Below are positions 43,954 through 56,108 of a DNA stretch of 64,000 bases, one piece after another. Position numbers and translations under genes: made by a program. The notes under the pieces are model-generated. The model was given only the letters and a program-made list of their open reading frames with translations. It had not been told where the DNA came from and searched no databases. This DNA comes from Methanomassiliicoccaceae archaeon (GTDB taxonomy: Archaea; Thermoplasmatota; Thermoplasmata; Methanomassiliicoccales; Methanomassiliicoccaceae): contig CAVSJV010000017.1 in assembly GCA_963728405.1 (NCBI GenBank), positions 288,001 to 352,000 on the forward strand. The letters are read 5' to 3'. The number at the start of each line of letters is the position of its first letter. The first letter of the stretch is position 1.

Positions 43954-44611
43954 GTGCACAAGGTCTCCGATATCTCCATGGAAGCTGATATTCTCGCCGA
44001 GAACAGGAAGCTTGGTCATGACAATCATCACCGTCTCAAGGCCCACGGCATACGCTCCCTCGACGTGATGGGCTCGATCGGTTCCGGAAAAACGTTGCTT
44101 GATCCAGCAGATGGCCGTCCGCATGAGGGAGAAAGGGTTACGGGTCGCCGTTCTCGCCGGCGACGTCACCGGCCAGGACGATTTCGACCGGTTCCAGAAG
44201 GCCGGGGTGTCCGCCATCAATGTCAACACCGGGAAGGAGTGCCACCTCGACGCTCACCTGGTCGACCACGCCATCGACAAGCTCGACCTGGACAACCTGG
44301 ACTTCCTGTTCATCGAGAACGTCGGTAACCTAGTATGCCCGGCCGATTTCCCCTTGGGGACCGATATGCGCATGGTCGTCATCTCCGTCACCGAAGGCGA
44401 TGACATGGTGAGGAAGCAGCCGATGATCTTTGTGGAGTCGGACCTCGCCGTCCTGAACAAGATCGATCTCCTACCCCACATGGACATCGACGCCAGCCTG
44501 CTGGACCGAGATTATGTCAAGATCAAGAAGGGTGCCAAGCTGCACCGCACCAGCGCCAAGACCGGGGAAGGGTTGGACGAGCTGTTCAAGGCATTGAATA
44601 TCCAGCTCTGA
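43954..44611 (+). CDS. hypB: Hydrogenase nickel incorporation GTPase HypB (apparent frameshift near 44100)
   Basis: GSIGSGKT, NTGKECHLDAH, IENVGNLVCPADF, SVTEGDD, NKIDL, SAKTGEG motifs. Confidence 0.95.
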
Positions 44612-44661
44612 AACCCACCACTTTTTATCATTCTCGTCCTTTACCCCATTCAGGTGCTTGA

Positions 44662-45987
44662 TTGAAGGTCCTTGTTGTTGGTGGAGGAGGGCGGGAACAC
44701 GCCATCGCCTCGGCCCTGTCCCGGAGCGGTTCGGTCGTTTACTCGGTGATGAAGAACCACAACCCCGGCATTGCCCGTCTGGCCGACGATTTCAAGCTGG
44801 TGAACGAGACCGATGTGGATAAAGTCGTGGAATACGCCTTGTCCCGCTCCATCGATATGGCGGTGATGGGTCCCGAGTCACCACTGGAGGTCGGGCTTGT
44901 GGATACCCTAGAAGCGATGGGCATCCGTTGTGTGGGGCCCACCAAGCTCGCCGCCCGCCTGGAGATATCAAAGTCCTTCGCCCGCTCGGTCATGCGCAAG
45001 CACCAGGTACCCGGTAACATCGAGTTCGCCGTGTTCGACAACCTTAAGGACGCCAAGAAATACATCATGGACACCGACAAGGACATGGCCGTGAAGCCCG
45101 TCGGGCTCACCGGGGGGAAAGGGGTCAAGATCATGGGTGAGCATCTCCTGAGCAAGCAGGACGCCATCCACTACCTTGAGGAGATATTCGATCAGAAGAT
45201 CGGTGGGGGTGGCGTGGTCCTCGAGGAGAAGCTCATCGGCGAAGAGTTCACCCTGCAGGCCTTCTGCGACGGCCGGAACGTCATACCCATGCCCTTGGTC
45301 CAGGACCACAAGCGCGCCTACGAAGGGGATGTAGGTCCCAACACCGGCGGCATGGGCTCGTACTCCCAGGAGGACCATCTCCTCCCCTTCGTCACCGCCA
45401 AGGACCGCGATACCGCGCTGGACATAATGCGCCGGACCGTCGCGGCCATGGAGGAGGAGGATTGCCCGTACCGCGGAGTGCTGTACGGCCAGTTCATGAA
45501 CACCCGGGACGGGCCGCGGGTCATCGAGTTCAACGCCCGCTTCGGGGACCCGGAGGCGATGAACGTGCTGTCCATCATCTCGTCCTCGTTTACCGACATC
45601 TGCGAGGGCATCGCCGGCGGAGACCTCTCGCCGAGCAAGGTGAGGTTTCAGAACAAGGCCACCGTTTGCAAGTACGTCGTACCGAGGGGCTACGGCACCG
45701 AGCCGATGGCCGGCACCGAGATCAAGGTCGATGAGAAGGCCATCGCCCGCGAGGGAGCACGGTCGTACTTCGCCATGGTGAACGAGGAGAACGGCAGGAT
45801 CCTGACGACCACCTCTCGGGCGGTGGGAGTGGTGGGCATCGACGACACCATCGAGGCCGCGGAACGCGCCTGCGAGAGAGCGCTGACCCATGTGACCGGC
45901 GAGGCGATCTTCGTCCGGCACGATATCGGCCGGCCGGAGGTTCTGCGCCGGAGGGTCGAGCACATGCAGAAAGTTAGAATAAGTTAG
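44662..45987 (+). CDS. purD: Phosphoribosylamine--glycine ligase
   Basis: VGGGGREHA, QDHKR.YEGD.GPNTGGMG, EFNARFGDPE motifs. Confidence 0.97.
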   Translation: MKVLVVGGGGREHAIASALSRSGSVVYSVMKNHNPGIARLADDFKLVNETDVDKVVEYALSRSIDMAVMGPESPLEVGLVDTLEAMGIRCVGPTKLAARLEISKSFARSVMRKHQVPGNIEFAVFDNLKDAKKYIMDTDKDMAVKPVGLTGGKGVKIMGEHLLSKQDAIHYLEEIFDQKIGGGGVVLEEKLIGEEFTLQAFCDGRNVIPMPLVQDHKRAYEGDVGPNTGGMGSYSQEDHLLPFVTAKDRDTALDIMRRTVAAMEEEDCPYRGVLYGQFMNTRDGPRVIEFNARFGDPEAMNVLSIISSSFTDICEGIAGGDLSPSKVRFQNKATVCKYVVPRGYGTEPMAGTEIKVDEKAIAREGARSYFAMVNEENGRILTTTSRAVGVVGIDDTIEAAERACERALTHVTGEAIFVRHDIGRPEVLRRRVEHMQKVRIS

Positions 45988-46015
45988 AAGTACGCCTCCC
46001 GCCTTCCTTTGTCCC

Positions 46016-46633
46016 ATGAAGAACCTGGAAGAGATCGCTGAACGCATCGAATCCAGATTGGAAGAGAAGGACCAGGTGCGCGAGGTCGCCATCAAGTCCG
46101 CCCGGGCCATCAACCGCCTATCGGGTAGCATTGTGCATCTCATCCACAAGGGCGAGGACGTAAGACCGATGATGCACGAGGCCCTGGACGAGACGCACCG
46201 CCTGCGATCGCTCCTGGAGGATTACCCGGAGATATGGGAGTCCGGCCTCGTGGAGGGTGCGCTGCAGGAGCTGGCCGAGGCCGCGATCCTATTAGCACTG
46301 GTCCATGATGATGAGCTACCGGACCCCGACGACATGGGGATCACTGGCAATGCCTATCTGTTGGGAATGGCCGATGCCATCGGCGAGCTGCGCCGCTTCG
46401 CCCTGGAGAAGCTCAGGGAGGGGGAAGTGGACGAGGCCAAGATGTACCTGGAAATGATGGAGGATATCTTCCTGGTCATCATGCGTTTCGACTTCCCGGA
46501 CGCCCTCATCCCGATAAGGAGGAAGCAGGACGTGGCCCGTTCCCTATTGGAAAAGACCAGGGGGGACATGGCCGTGGCGGTGAACTCGGACCGCCTGCAG
46601 AAGAAAATGGACGAGCTGTCCCGGAAGCTCTGA
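46016..46633 (+). CDS. Translin/Trax-family protein
   Basis: KDQVRE..IK.AR, QELAEA, YLLGMADAIGELRR, RRKQDVAR..LEKT motifs. Confidence 0.88.
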   Translation: MKNLEEIAERIESRLEEKDQVREVAIKSARAINRLSGSIVHLIHKGEDVRPMMHEALDETHRLRSLLEDYPEIWESGLVEGALQELAEAAILLALVHDDELPDPDDMGITGNAYLLGMADAIGELRRFALEKLREGEVDEAKMYLEMMEDIFLVIMRFDFPDALIPIRRKQDVARSLLEKTRGDMAVAVNSDRLQKKMDELSRKL

Positions 46634-46635
46634 TC

Positions 46636-46971
46636 TCAGAAGTTCTTGCGGATGGCGTCCTCGATCTCTTCCTTCGGCACCAGACCGACGATCTGGTCCA
46701 CCACCTTTCCATCCTTTACGAATAGCAGGGTGGGTATGGCCATTATCTTGTGGGTCTGCACGATCTTCTGGTTCTCGTCGACGTTGATCTTGCCGAAGGC
46801 GACCTTTCCGCTGTAGTCCTTGGCCAGCTTGTCGATGACCGGAGCCATCATGCGGCAGGGACCACACCACTCCGCCCAGCAGTCCACTACCAGCTTGGGG
46901 TTGGCCATCATGGTCGCTTCGAAACTATCCTGATTGATCTCAAGAACATTATCAGCCATATCGATCGTCAC
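46636..46971 (-). CDS. trxA: Thioredoxin
   Basis: WAEWCGPC and IMAIPTL motifs. Confidence 0.95.
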   Translation of the reverse strand: MTIDMADNVLEINQDSFEATMMANPKLVVDCWAEWCGPCRMMAPVIDKLAKDYSGKVAFGKINVDENQKIVQTHKIMAIPTLLFVKDGKVVDQIVGLVPKEEIEDAIRKNF

Positions 46972-47060
46972 GAACTATCGACCAGGGACTATAAGACCAT
47001 ATTCCCGACAATAATCGTAGACTGGCAATAGTTATCAAAATAGAATACTGGAAAATGGTT

Positions 47061-47807
47061 TCAGGTCCGCTTCTTCTTCCTCCCCCGGCCCATATAGGTG
47101 AAGAAGAGGATCAACAGGAGCAGAGCGAACACGATTGTCAGCATGATGTTCGCAAATCCCCAGCCGGCGTCTCCGACGTAGAACGTGGTGCTATAGGTGG
47201 TCGAGCCGTCGATGAACCTCACGAACTGGTTGCTGGAATCGAGCGCGATCCCCACGGTATGCTCGCCGTTGCTCAGACCGGAGGTCGTCCAGTTGTAGGT
47301 CAGGGTCTGGGTCGAGTTGGCGGCGATGGTGAATGTGGTCTCATTGACGATCACGCCGTCGACCTTGAACTGAACAGGGACGTTCTGCATGGTAACGTTC
47401 CCACTGTTCTTGACCTGGGCGGTGATGACCACCGGGTCCACCACGTGGATGGTGTACTTGGCGGCATTGTTCACCGTACCGTTGGACAGACTGACGGTGA
47501 GGGTCAGGTCCCCAGTGCTACTGGGAGCGGTGACTGCCAGGGTAAAGTTCTCTCCGTCGCCCTGGCCGCTGGCCGGGCTGACCGTGCCGTTGCTGATGGC
47601 AGCGGTCCAGGTGTAATTACCGGACGGACGGTCAGTTCCCACATTGACTATTACTTTGCCTACCTGTCCAGGGATCAGGTACTGGTTACTTCCATCGAAG
47701 TTGACCGGATAGCTGTTCGCCTCCGCGGCCGAGGCCGGGAGGGCGAGACAGGACATCAGCAGCAGCGAGATGGCCGCTGCGACCGCGATTACCTCTTTCT
47801 TCGGCGT
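47061..47807 (-). CDS. CARDB-domain surface protein with C-terminal TM (probable ACG start)
   Basis: Signal peptide, ITAQVKNSG..VPVQFKVDG..YNW..GEHTV, TM followed by GRGRKKK. Confidence 0.75.
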   Translation of the reverse strand, partial: TPKKEVIAVAAAISLLLMSCLALPASAAEANSYPVNFDGSNQYLIPGQVGKVIVNVGTDRPSGNYTWTAAISNGTVSPASGQGDGENFTLAVTAPSSTGDLTLTVSLSNGTVNNAAKYTIHVVDPVVITAQVKNSGNVTMQNVPVQFKVDGVIVNETTFTIAANSTQTLTYNWTTSGLSNGEHTVGIALDSSNQFVRFIDGSTTYSTTFYVGDAGWGFANIMLTIVFALLLLILFFTYMGRGRKKKRT

Positions 47808-50800
47808 CCAAACACCCCCTTGTTGACCCTAAGGACGACCAGGACGACGATCAACAGCATGATCATCGCTATCAGGAACCACGAGCTGGCCGGTATCTGC
47901 GGGGCGCTCATCGAAGCGCCGTTGCCGCTGACGGTGAGGCCGTTGTCGGGGAAGCTGAAGCTTCCCTTCTCCAGCGGTACGGTTGTCGCATCATTGCTGC
48001 GGTTCGGGGTAGTCGAATTCACGTTCACGCTGACCGAGACATTGGCCTCGGGCGATTCGCGGTTCTTGGTCAGCACCACAGTTTAACGGTCTGGGTGCTA
48101 CCAGCGGAAACACTGACGACCTTGTACGGCGTGGTGACGTCGGATATCTTCGCGTCCCATCCCTGGACCATCAGCGCATTGATGGCCTCTAGGGTCAGAT
48201 TGAAGGAATCGTCGGCATTGCCGGTGTTCTTTATCTGGAACGGATAGGTTATGCTGGTCTCGTTCAGAACCTCGGATGACCCGAGGTCCACGCTGACACC
48301 ATAGGTCGGGACGATGCCCACGTCGAGGTTTACCGAGGATGAGGCCCCAGTATTGTTCTGCGATGCCGCGGTGATCTTGATGGCCGAGTGGACCACCTTG
48401 GCATCGGAAGGCGTCTTGATGGTCACCTGGATGGTCTTTGAGCTGCCCGAACCCCATGGCAGGTACACCGTGCTCTGAGAGAACGTTACCCCCCAGGTCG
48501 AGGTGCTCGACAGCTTGTAGGTGTCGTTGACGTTGCCCGTGTTGGTGATGGTCACATTATAGGTGACCGAATCGCCAGCATTGACGGTCTTCTTCTGAGC
48601 GGAGTTCCAGGTAATGGAGACAGAACTCTTCAGCTGGCGCACCAGATCGATGTCCCTGGTGAGCGCCGAGGCCACAGTTCAGGTCGAAGGAGCGCGCATA
48701 GGTCACGTTGACCCCATTCTCCTGTCCCACCCAGGTGGCCGAGACAGTTGTACAGGCCCTTCGTCAGGTAGGCGACATAATTGCCGCTGCCGCTGGTGGT
48801 CACGGTCCTCTGGGCGTTGTTGCTGAAGACCACCGTCGCACCGTTGCGCGGTGTGCCGCTATAGGATACGGTGCCGGTGACCGCGATGCCAGCCGTCAAG
48901 TTCAGGTTGGCCGTGGTGCCCTTGTTGGCGGCCACGGTGACCACGCCCATGTATACGTTGGGGACTGTAGCGTTGTCGATGCCGTAGACGCTGTACATTC
49001 CGGGGGCCAGGCTGATCGAGTAGGGGCCCGTTCCGTGGTCCATGGTGGCATCGATGCCCACGCCGTCCAGGGCGGTGAAGGTCCAGCTAGCCTCGCTGGC
49101 CGCTCCGGTGATCGTTCCGCTCAGCGTCCCGTTGTCCGGGCGTCTGGTCAGCACGATGTTCGTGGAATTGTCCCCGTTCAAGGTCACTTCCTGGCTGGCG
49201 GTGTAGACCACATATCTGGTGGCCCCGTCGTCCGAGGCCTGAGTATGATACTCCGCGTCCACGGTATATGTTCCGTTGACCAGGTGGGCGACGAAGACGC
49301 CCTGATTATTGGCGCTCAGGGTGTAGTTCGCTTCGCCCGAAGATATGGTTATGGTAGCGGGGACCTTCAGGTCAGAACCATCGTACTGCAGTTGCCCGGT
49401 AAGGGTGTTCGCTTCCAGGGGCGTGATGGTCAGGGCCGATCCCGCCGCGATGGTCTGGGCGCTAAGGTTCACGTAATGCTTGCCGCCGCTGGTCACGTCC
49501 ACATAGACAGAGTAGTCTCCGGGAACGAGGTACAGCGGGAAGGCCGATGAGACGTCGTTCAGGATTTTGTTCTCAGGGCCGATGAATTGGATCGAACCGC
49601 TGGCCCCTAAGGGCATAGCCACAGTGCCATCGACCTTGACACGCTCGGTCGCGTTGATGGTCATGTCTGCAGGGTCTCTGCCCACCGACACGGTCAGCGA
49701 ACCAGTGTACTGATACTTGCTGGAGTCATCCGCTGATACGTTCTGGTCGATGACCACATTATAGGTCCCGGGCTTCAGGTCCAGGCTGTATCCGCCAGTA
49801 GCATTGGTGACCACCGAGGCCGCCGTGCCCGCAGTGCCCGAGGGCACGAAGTTGACAGTGATATCACTGGGGCTGCCGAGGGCGGGGACAGTGACCGCGC
49901 CGGTCACCGTACGGTTGTTGGCGACCAGCGGGATGTTGACCGTCACGTAGTTGTTCAATGGATCATAGGTTTGGGACCAGGGAGCGTATCCGTCCTTGGT
50001 GGCAGTGATCGTATAACCGTTACCCTTGGGCAGGGTGATGTTGAAGCTGCCGGTGGAACTGGTTAAGAAGTACACCGCCTGGTTGGAGCTGGAGGTCGAC
50101 TGAACCTTCAGCACCGCATTGGCAATGGCCTCGCCGCTGTCCACCACGGAGTTACCGTTGACATCGTAATAGGCCTTGCCAGCGATGCTCACGGAGTCCT
50201 GCAGCCCCAGATCGATATTAGTGCTACCAGTTATGGTAGCGGTGCTCCAGTAGGCCTTGCTCGAGCCCTGGGCGTACACGAAATAGTTGGCCGCGGGCAG
50301 GACCAGGCGGTATCCTCCGCTGGAATTGGTGGTGGTGTTCAGGAACGCACCGTCGCCGGTCGAAGTGTATACCACTGTTGCGCCGGATGCTGCGGTGCTA
50401 CCGTCGGTGGTGACCGTACCGGTGACGACCGATCCGGCCGATAGGGATAGGTTCTGGGTGATGGAGTTGACGTCGGCATTGAGCATCATCATGGCCACGT
50501 AGTCAACGCCATCCTTGACGGTCAGGGCATAAACGGTATAGTTGCCCTGGGCCAGGGTGATGTTATAGTGTCCTGACGAATCGGTGGTGGCGAACGCCTC
50601 CTTCGTGCTCGAAATGAACCCAACGGCCACATTGGCCCGGGGTTCGCTTCCGATCCTCACGGTGCCGCTCACCTGGGTCGCCGAGTATAGCGACAAGGTC
50701 GGGGTCAGGACGGCGCCGGCGGTCAGGTTATATGTCTGAACACCCACGCTGAGCTCCGCATTGACGGCGGTGAGCGTGTACTCTCCAGGCAGCAGGCGAT

Positions 50801-53800
50801 CGAAGAGGAACTTACCTCCTGTGCCGCTGGTGGCGTTGGTGACAGTGCCGGTGGCCTTGTCGGTCAAGCTAAGCGCGACCCCCGCCGCGGGATCCCCATT
50901 GGAGAAGGTCAGCGTGCCATCGATGGATGCGGGCTTGGCGACGATGGCCTTGGTCAGGGAACCATAGGCGACCATGTTGAAGGTCTGCCCACCGAACTGA
51001 TGATCGTTATATGTTGCGTACAGATAGTTGCCATTGCCGGCCAGTCCGACCAGGCTGTAGGCGCCATTGGTGTCGCTGGTGGTCTCGGCCTTGAACCCGG
51101 TGGCGTTGTTCTGCAGCGTCACCGTGGCGCCGGCGATGTACTGGTCGCCGGTGCTGTAGGTGCCGGAACCGTCGAGGTCCCAATAGACCCGACCGGACAC
51201 CGATGACCCGGGCAGGGTGATGTTCCCGTCCGCATTGAACGGTGCCAGGCGCTGGGCCTGGGCGTAGGAGACGGTGTAGTTCACCCTGGAGATCTCGGTG
51301 GCGATCAGGGTGCTCTTGGTCAGGGTGCCGGTCGAGTAGACAACGCTGATATTGCCGAACGGCAGGTCGACGCTGTACGAACCATCACTGGCGGTCTTGA
51401 CCACCTGATGAGGGATGCCGTACTCGTCGACCACGGTGACGTAGATGCCCGCATAGGGGGTCCCATCGTTGGAGGTGGCCTTCCCCTGAAGGATCGCTCC
51501 GTCGTAGTACTGGATGAACACCACGCCGGATTCCAGGCTGGCCGAGGTCAGATCCACGGTACCGGTGATGTTGCCGGCCGTTATCTCGGCCTGCAGGTAT
51601 TCGGCTTCATCGTACGATACCGCCGACCAGGCATCGGAGTGGTTGGCCACATCTGCCGAGCCGTACGGGTTGAAGTACGCGGTCCGATAGACCTGCTTGA
51701 AATGGCTTTGATTGAACGCGGGCATGGCGTTATAGCTCGTCATCGAGCCAGATATGCCGGGTATGCCCTGACTGGTGGCCCCGACGTCCGATGGGCTGAT
51801 GCCCATGAAGGTGCGGTACAGCATGGTCTGGTAGAACACGTCGGTATAGTAGATCTGGTAACCGAGGACCGTGTCGGAGGACGTCACTGTCCGCGACGTC
51901 GACGACGCTGTAATCGCTCAGGACAGCCTTGATGCTATAGTAGTTGGTCGGAGCGTTGGTGGTCGGATCTATGACCCGATCATTCAGCTTGGCCGGAGCG
52001 TAAAAGATGTTGTTGCTGGTGGCACTGAACGGGAACAGCCGACTGTCCACGGCGACATAGCCAATATCATAGCCAGAAGAACCACGGATGTCGTGGTACA
52101 TGTTCACCAAATTATCTAGGCCGACATTCTGCAGCTCGACGCTGGCCGCCGCGTACTTGGCGTTGGCCGGGCTAAGATCTGAAGAGTAGTTACCGTACAG
52201 GGCCGGGTCGTCCAAAACCACTTGCACGTATTTGGACGGGTTCTGCATGATGTCCTGGACCGCCGAGGCGTTGGCCCCGTTCTCCTCCAGGATTCGAACG
52301 GTCGTCTCATTGAAGCCGGTCTTCTCCAGGATGCGGACGATGAACAAGGCGATGGCGTTGCTCTCGTTCTCAGACATCAGGAATGAACCGGCGTATTGGT
52401 AACCGTTCTGGAAGTTATCAGCGACCGTCGGATGGCCGCCCTGCTGGACAGCCTCGAAACCATAGTCCCACCAGGACAGATAGGCCGGTTTGGCCGCATC
52501 CGACAGATTGCTATCTTGTGTCTTGAACCAGCTCCATGCCGCCGGATAGTATGTATCGGGCAGGGGCAGGGAGTAGGAGAACGCGCCCAGGTACCAGATG
52601 GTGCCGTTGACGGCGTCATAGTCTGCAGGGTGCAGGATGTCCGGTAGAGCGTAGTAGATCTGCTTGTCATACTTCGCCTTCGTCTCTGACGGGATCCCGG
52701 CATCGATGGCGCCCATGGCATTGGGGAGGACGATCAGGAAGGCCAGGAACAGGACTGCCGCCACTTGGCGCAGCTTCACGGCCTTTTTAATGGTCGTCCA
52801 GGGATTGGAAAAGAACCCACCGAAGGCCCTGGGGATCTCATCGAACTTGACCATGGCGATGATCAGTGCGAGTATCCATCCCGCTGCCATGGCGAAGGCG
52901 GGGGAGGCGTTGAACATGAATCTAGCGGCCGAGGCGGCCATGTAGATGCTCACGCCTAGCCATACCACGATGAACACGAGGTAGGGGGACGGGTTCTTGG
53001 GTATCTTGATCGCTGCCCAGACCACACCGATGATGGCGAGCCAGAAGGTGACCGCGCCGAACGACATGACCAGATTCGAGAAGGTCGGGGCTTGCGCTTC
53101 CGAGATGGTCGAGTATAGCTTGCTCTTGACCAGGTAGCCTTGCCCGGTGACAATGGCATCAAAGATACTTGGGGCGATGAAGAAGATGGCCACCAGGCCA
53201 ACCACGATCAACGCCACGATGGCGGGCAGGACCAAGGTCCAGGGATAGTCACGGGTGACCATGAATATGATGCCCACGACCATCGAGCCCATGAAAAGAT
53301 AGAACGGCACATCGAACCACTGTGTCCAGTAGCTCAATTGCCAGTATAATGGCGCCATGAGCACGAAAGCGGTCATGAGCAAGGCCCCGACCACGAAGAA
53401 TTCGCCCATGGAGTCGACGTTTCGGAAACGGTTGATAAGGATCTGTACCAGGAAGTAGACCAGTATGATGATCAGGATGTAGGTGTAACCGGTCCACATC
53501 ATGGCCACTATAGAGATGCAGACCCCACCTAACATCGCGTAGATCAGCGATTTCGTATTGGTGGAAATATACGATCTGAACCCCGGTACGATCGTCTTGA
53601 GGCTCTTCCAATTGGAGACCCATTTCGTCCCGTTGATCGACATTAACGCCCGCAAAAGGAAATACAGGGCGAAAACGACGAAAAACAAGATCATGGCGTC
53701 GTGATCGGCGTCGGCGAACACGCTCCTGGTGATATTACCAGGCATCAGCGCGAACAGGAACGCCGCCAGAATGCCGGCTCGGGCGCCGAAGGCGGCCCTA

Positions 53801-54270
53801 GTGAGCAGGAATACCGGGATGCAGGTGAGAGCGCCCCAGAACGCCGTGGAGAACAGCAGCGTAAAGCCGGTGCTATCAGTGAGCGAAAGGCCGGAGACTC
53901 CGGATATGAACATACTGGTCACTGCCACGGACCAGTCATAGGCGGGAGGTCTTTCGTTCCTTATCCCGAGAGGATAGTTCAGGAGAGGATCGTTGACCAG
54001 ATGGGAGCCAGTGTTTTCGACGTACTCGATCACGCGTATGTGATAATATGAGTCCGAGCCGCCACCGACCAAGAAGCCATTGTCCACCGCTGTGGGATAC
54101 CCGAAATAGCTGCGCACGAACAGTGCGATGAAAATGACAGCTACCAGGACAAGGACGGTTCCCCAGTTCCTTCCCAGCCAAGAATCCTTGAGCCGAGTTT
54201 GGAGACTGCCCTTGACAGGCTTCTGTTCCTTTTGGGATCGGCCCGATGGCCTCCCTTCGTTTGCTTCCAT
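47789..54270 (-). CDS. aglB: Oligosaccharyltransferase AglB/STT3 fused to tandem carboxypeptidase-regulatory-like and Ig-like domains with a C-terminal TM (apparent frameshifts at 51888, 48746, 48676, 48080)
   Basis: DSYYH, DHD, TISE, ARF, SWWDYG and ADNFQ motifs in a multi-TM N-terminal half; repeated (V/I)SG.V...GATV...T...G.Y.L modules; NTGN..D.Y/F.L modules. Confidence 0.88.
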
Positions 54271-54734
54271 CGTTAGTGTCTCCTAGGCAGAATCTGTCAA
54301 TGATTACTGGTCCGGTATAAAAAGTCTGTCGTTAGATTGGTTCCACTCAGGCACAAAGGTGCATTGCTGGGGGTGATGAAACCCATCGGTAGACAACTAT
54401 TTGTAATTAAACTTCAAAAAGTAACAGCCCTTTCGCATGACCGATCGGGATTATCTTAAGGCAAGCACAACCGTGAGAACGCCTTGATATACCGTATCTA
54501 CCCGTCCCTGTTCTCCACAACAAGGCTGGGACGAGAAACAATTCTGCGCCCGATGGGCAACAGATGTGTCATCGAGGCGTCGTTCGTCGGGACGAGCACG
54601 AAGGAAGTGGTCAGACGGGTCAGGACCATAGGGGAGAGTGCTCCAGGCCCTTGGAAGGGACATCCTCATCAGCATGGACAAAGACCTCTCTGATGTGAGT
54701 AAGGTTAGGTGGATCGACAGAAGGGGGTGCGGAC

Positions 54735-55388
54735 CTAATCGTCTATGCCCAGCGTGGCGATCTCGTCGGCCAGCTTCCGGGCGGCTTCCCGGGGGTTCTT
54801 GTCCCCGTAGATGGACCGCCCGACGATGACATGGTCTGCCCCCATCGATATGGCCGCCGAGGCACTGCCTCCTTGCGCCCCCACGCCGGGCGATAGTATC
54901 AGCAGGTCGCCCACGATCGAGCGGATCTTGGCGATCCGGTCCGGGCGGGTAGCTGGGGCTATGACGCCAGCGGCTTTCGCCTCCACGGCCATCCGGGCGA
55001 AGCGTTCTGCCAGGGGCGCGGTGAACTCCTGGCCTCCAGGATGGGACATCTCGGTGACCACAAATACGTCCAGGCCATCGGCCGCTTGCACCGCCGCTTG
55101 TAAGGAATCGGTGCCAGTGAAGGCGTGCACGATGACCCCGCTGGCGCCCCGTTTCCTCACCTGCTCGACGATGAGCCGGTCGGTGTTCGGTATGTCGGCG
55201 ATCTTGAAGTCACAGATGACCGGGGCCATCTCTGATAGGCGGGATATTATGGACGGTGATGACGAAAGCACCAATGGCCAGTTTATCTTTATCGCGTCTA
55301 CCAGATCGGATACCTCTTCGGCCACTCCCAGGGCCTTCTGTTCGTCCGTCTCATCAAGGGCCAGGATCATCCGAGTCTTGGTCTTCAT
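54735..55388 (-). CDS. pyrF: Orotidine-5'-phosphate decarboxylase
   Basis: [42 protein letters not shown] motifs. Confidence 0.96.
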   Translation of the reverse strand: MKTKTRMILALDETDEQKALGVAEEVSDLVDAIKINWPLVLSSSPSIISRLSEMAPVICDFKIADIPNTDRLIVEQVRKRGASGVIVHAFTGTDSLQAAVQAADGLDVFVVTEMSHPGGQEFTAPLAERFARMAVEAKAAGVIAPATRPDRIAKIRSIVGDLLILSPGVGAQGGSASAAISMGADHVIVGRSIYGDKNPREAARKLADEIATLGIDD

Positions 55389-55435
55389 CGTTCTACCCGG
55401 CACCAGATTGCCCTTTCCGATATAAGACCGATGGC

Positions 55436-55957
55436 CTAGTGCATGCGAGAGGCCATCAACCGGGTCATACTGATGAGCCAGGAATCGGAGGCCACACAAT
55501 CGGGAGTGCACGATAGCAGCACGAGGCCGAACACGTTCCTCTCGACGAAGGCGATGGCCTTCATCCTCCGGCCCACCTTGCCCTCCACCTCGATCATTGC
55601 CCCGGCATCACCCACGTCGACCTTCGAGAGCTTCAGGAACCCCATCTTGCTCAGCGTGCTTATGAGCACCGCGGCAGCCGTCCGTTGATCATTATATACG
55701 ACCGTCTCGAACGACAGGGCCGCCTTCTCCCCGGACTGGTCTCTCATCAAGAACTTGGCCGCAGCATAGTCCCGTTGCCCGAACTTAGGCTGCTCCATGA
55801 TCTTCACCGGCCGTTCCTCCCACCGCTGCGGCAGGTCCGCCCTGGAGATGCTCATTTCCCGGGCGGGCATGGTTATGGCCCTTTCTCCCCCCAATAAAGA
55901 GAACGTCGTCCCTTCCACCGAGAACGACATCTCTAGTTCGTCCACCCTTATCGACAT
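55436..55957 (-). CDS. Hypothetical protein
   Basis: 173-aa ORF with GGAGG upstream and host-like codon usage; family not recognised. Confidence 0.6.
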   Translation of the reverse strand: MSIRVDELEMSFSVEGTTFSLLGGERAITMPAREMSISRADLPQRWEERPVKIMEQPKFGQRDYAAAKFLMRDQSGEKAALSFETVVYNDQRTAAAVLISTLSKMGFLKLSKVDVGDAGAMIEVEGKVGRRMKAIAFVERNVFGLVLLSCTPDCVASDSWLISMTRLMASRMH

Positions 55958-56108
55958 CTCTCGTTTCCTCCGAGTATTTATTTTGAGTCGCCTCTATATA
56001 AGGTTTTCATCCGGTCGCTTTTCGCCTCACTTTCTTGACATGTACGTTACGAAAAATACCTGCGAAAAAGGGAAGGATTTATAGCCGGATGCGGTCTCCG
56101 ACAACTGG

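Noticed and set aside
54300-54734. Short ORFs between aglB and pyrF (54484-54693, 54638-54829)
   Set aside because: No recognisable motif or clear start; cannot be told apart from chance ORFs.
20-55388. Complete reassignment of TAG to pyrrolysine
   Set aside because: TAG ends many genes at their expected C-termini (permease, mrp, rps17e, HemK2, gatE with TAG TAG, purD, pyrF), so any readthrough must be partial or context-dependent.
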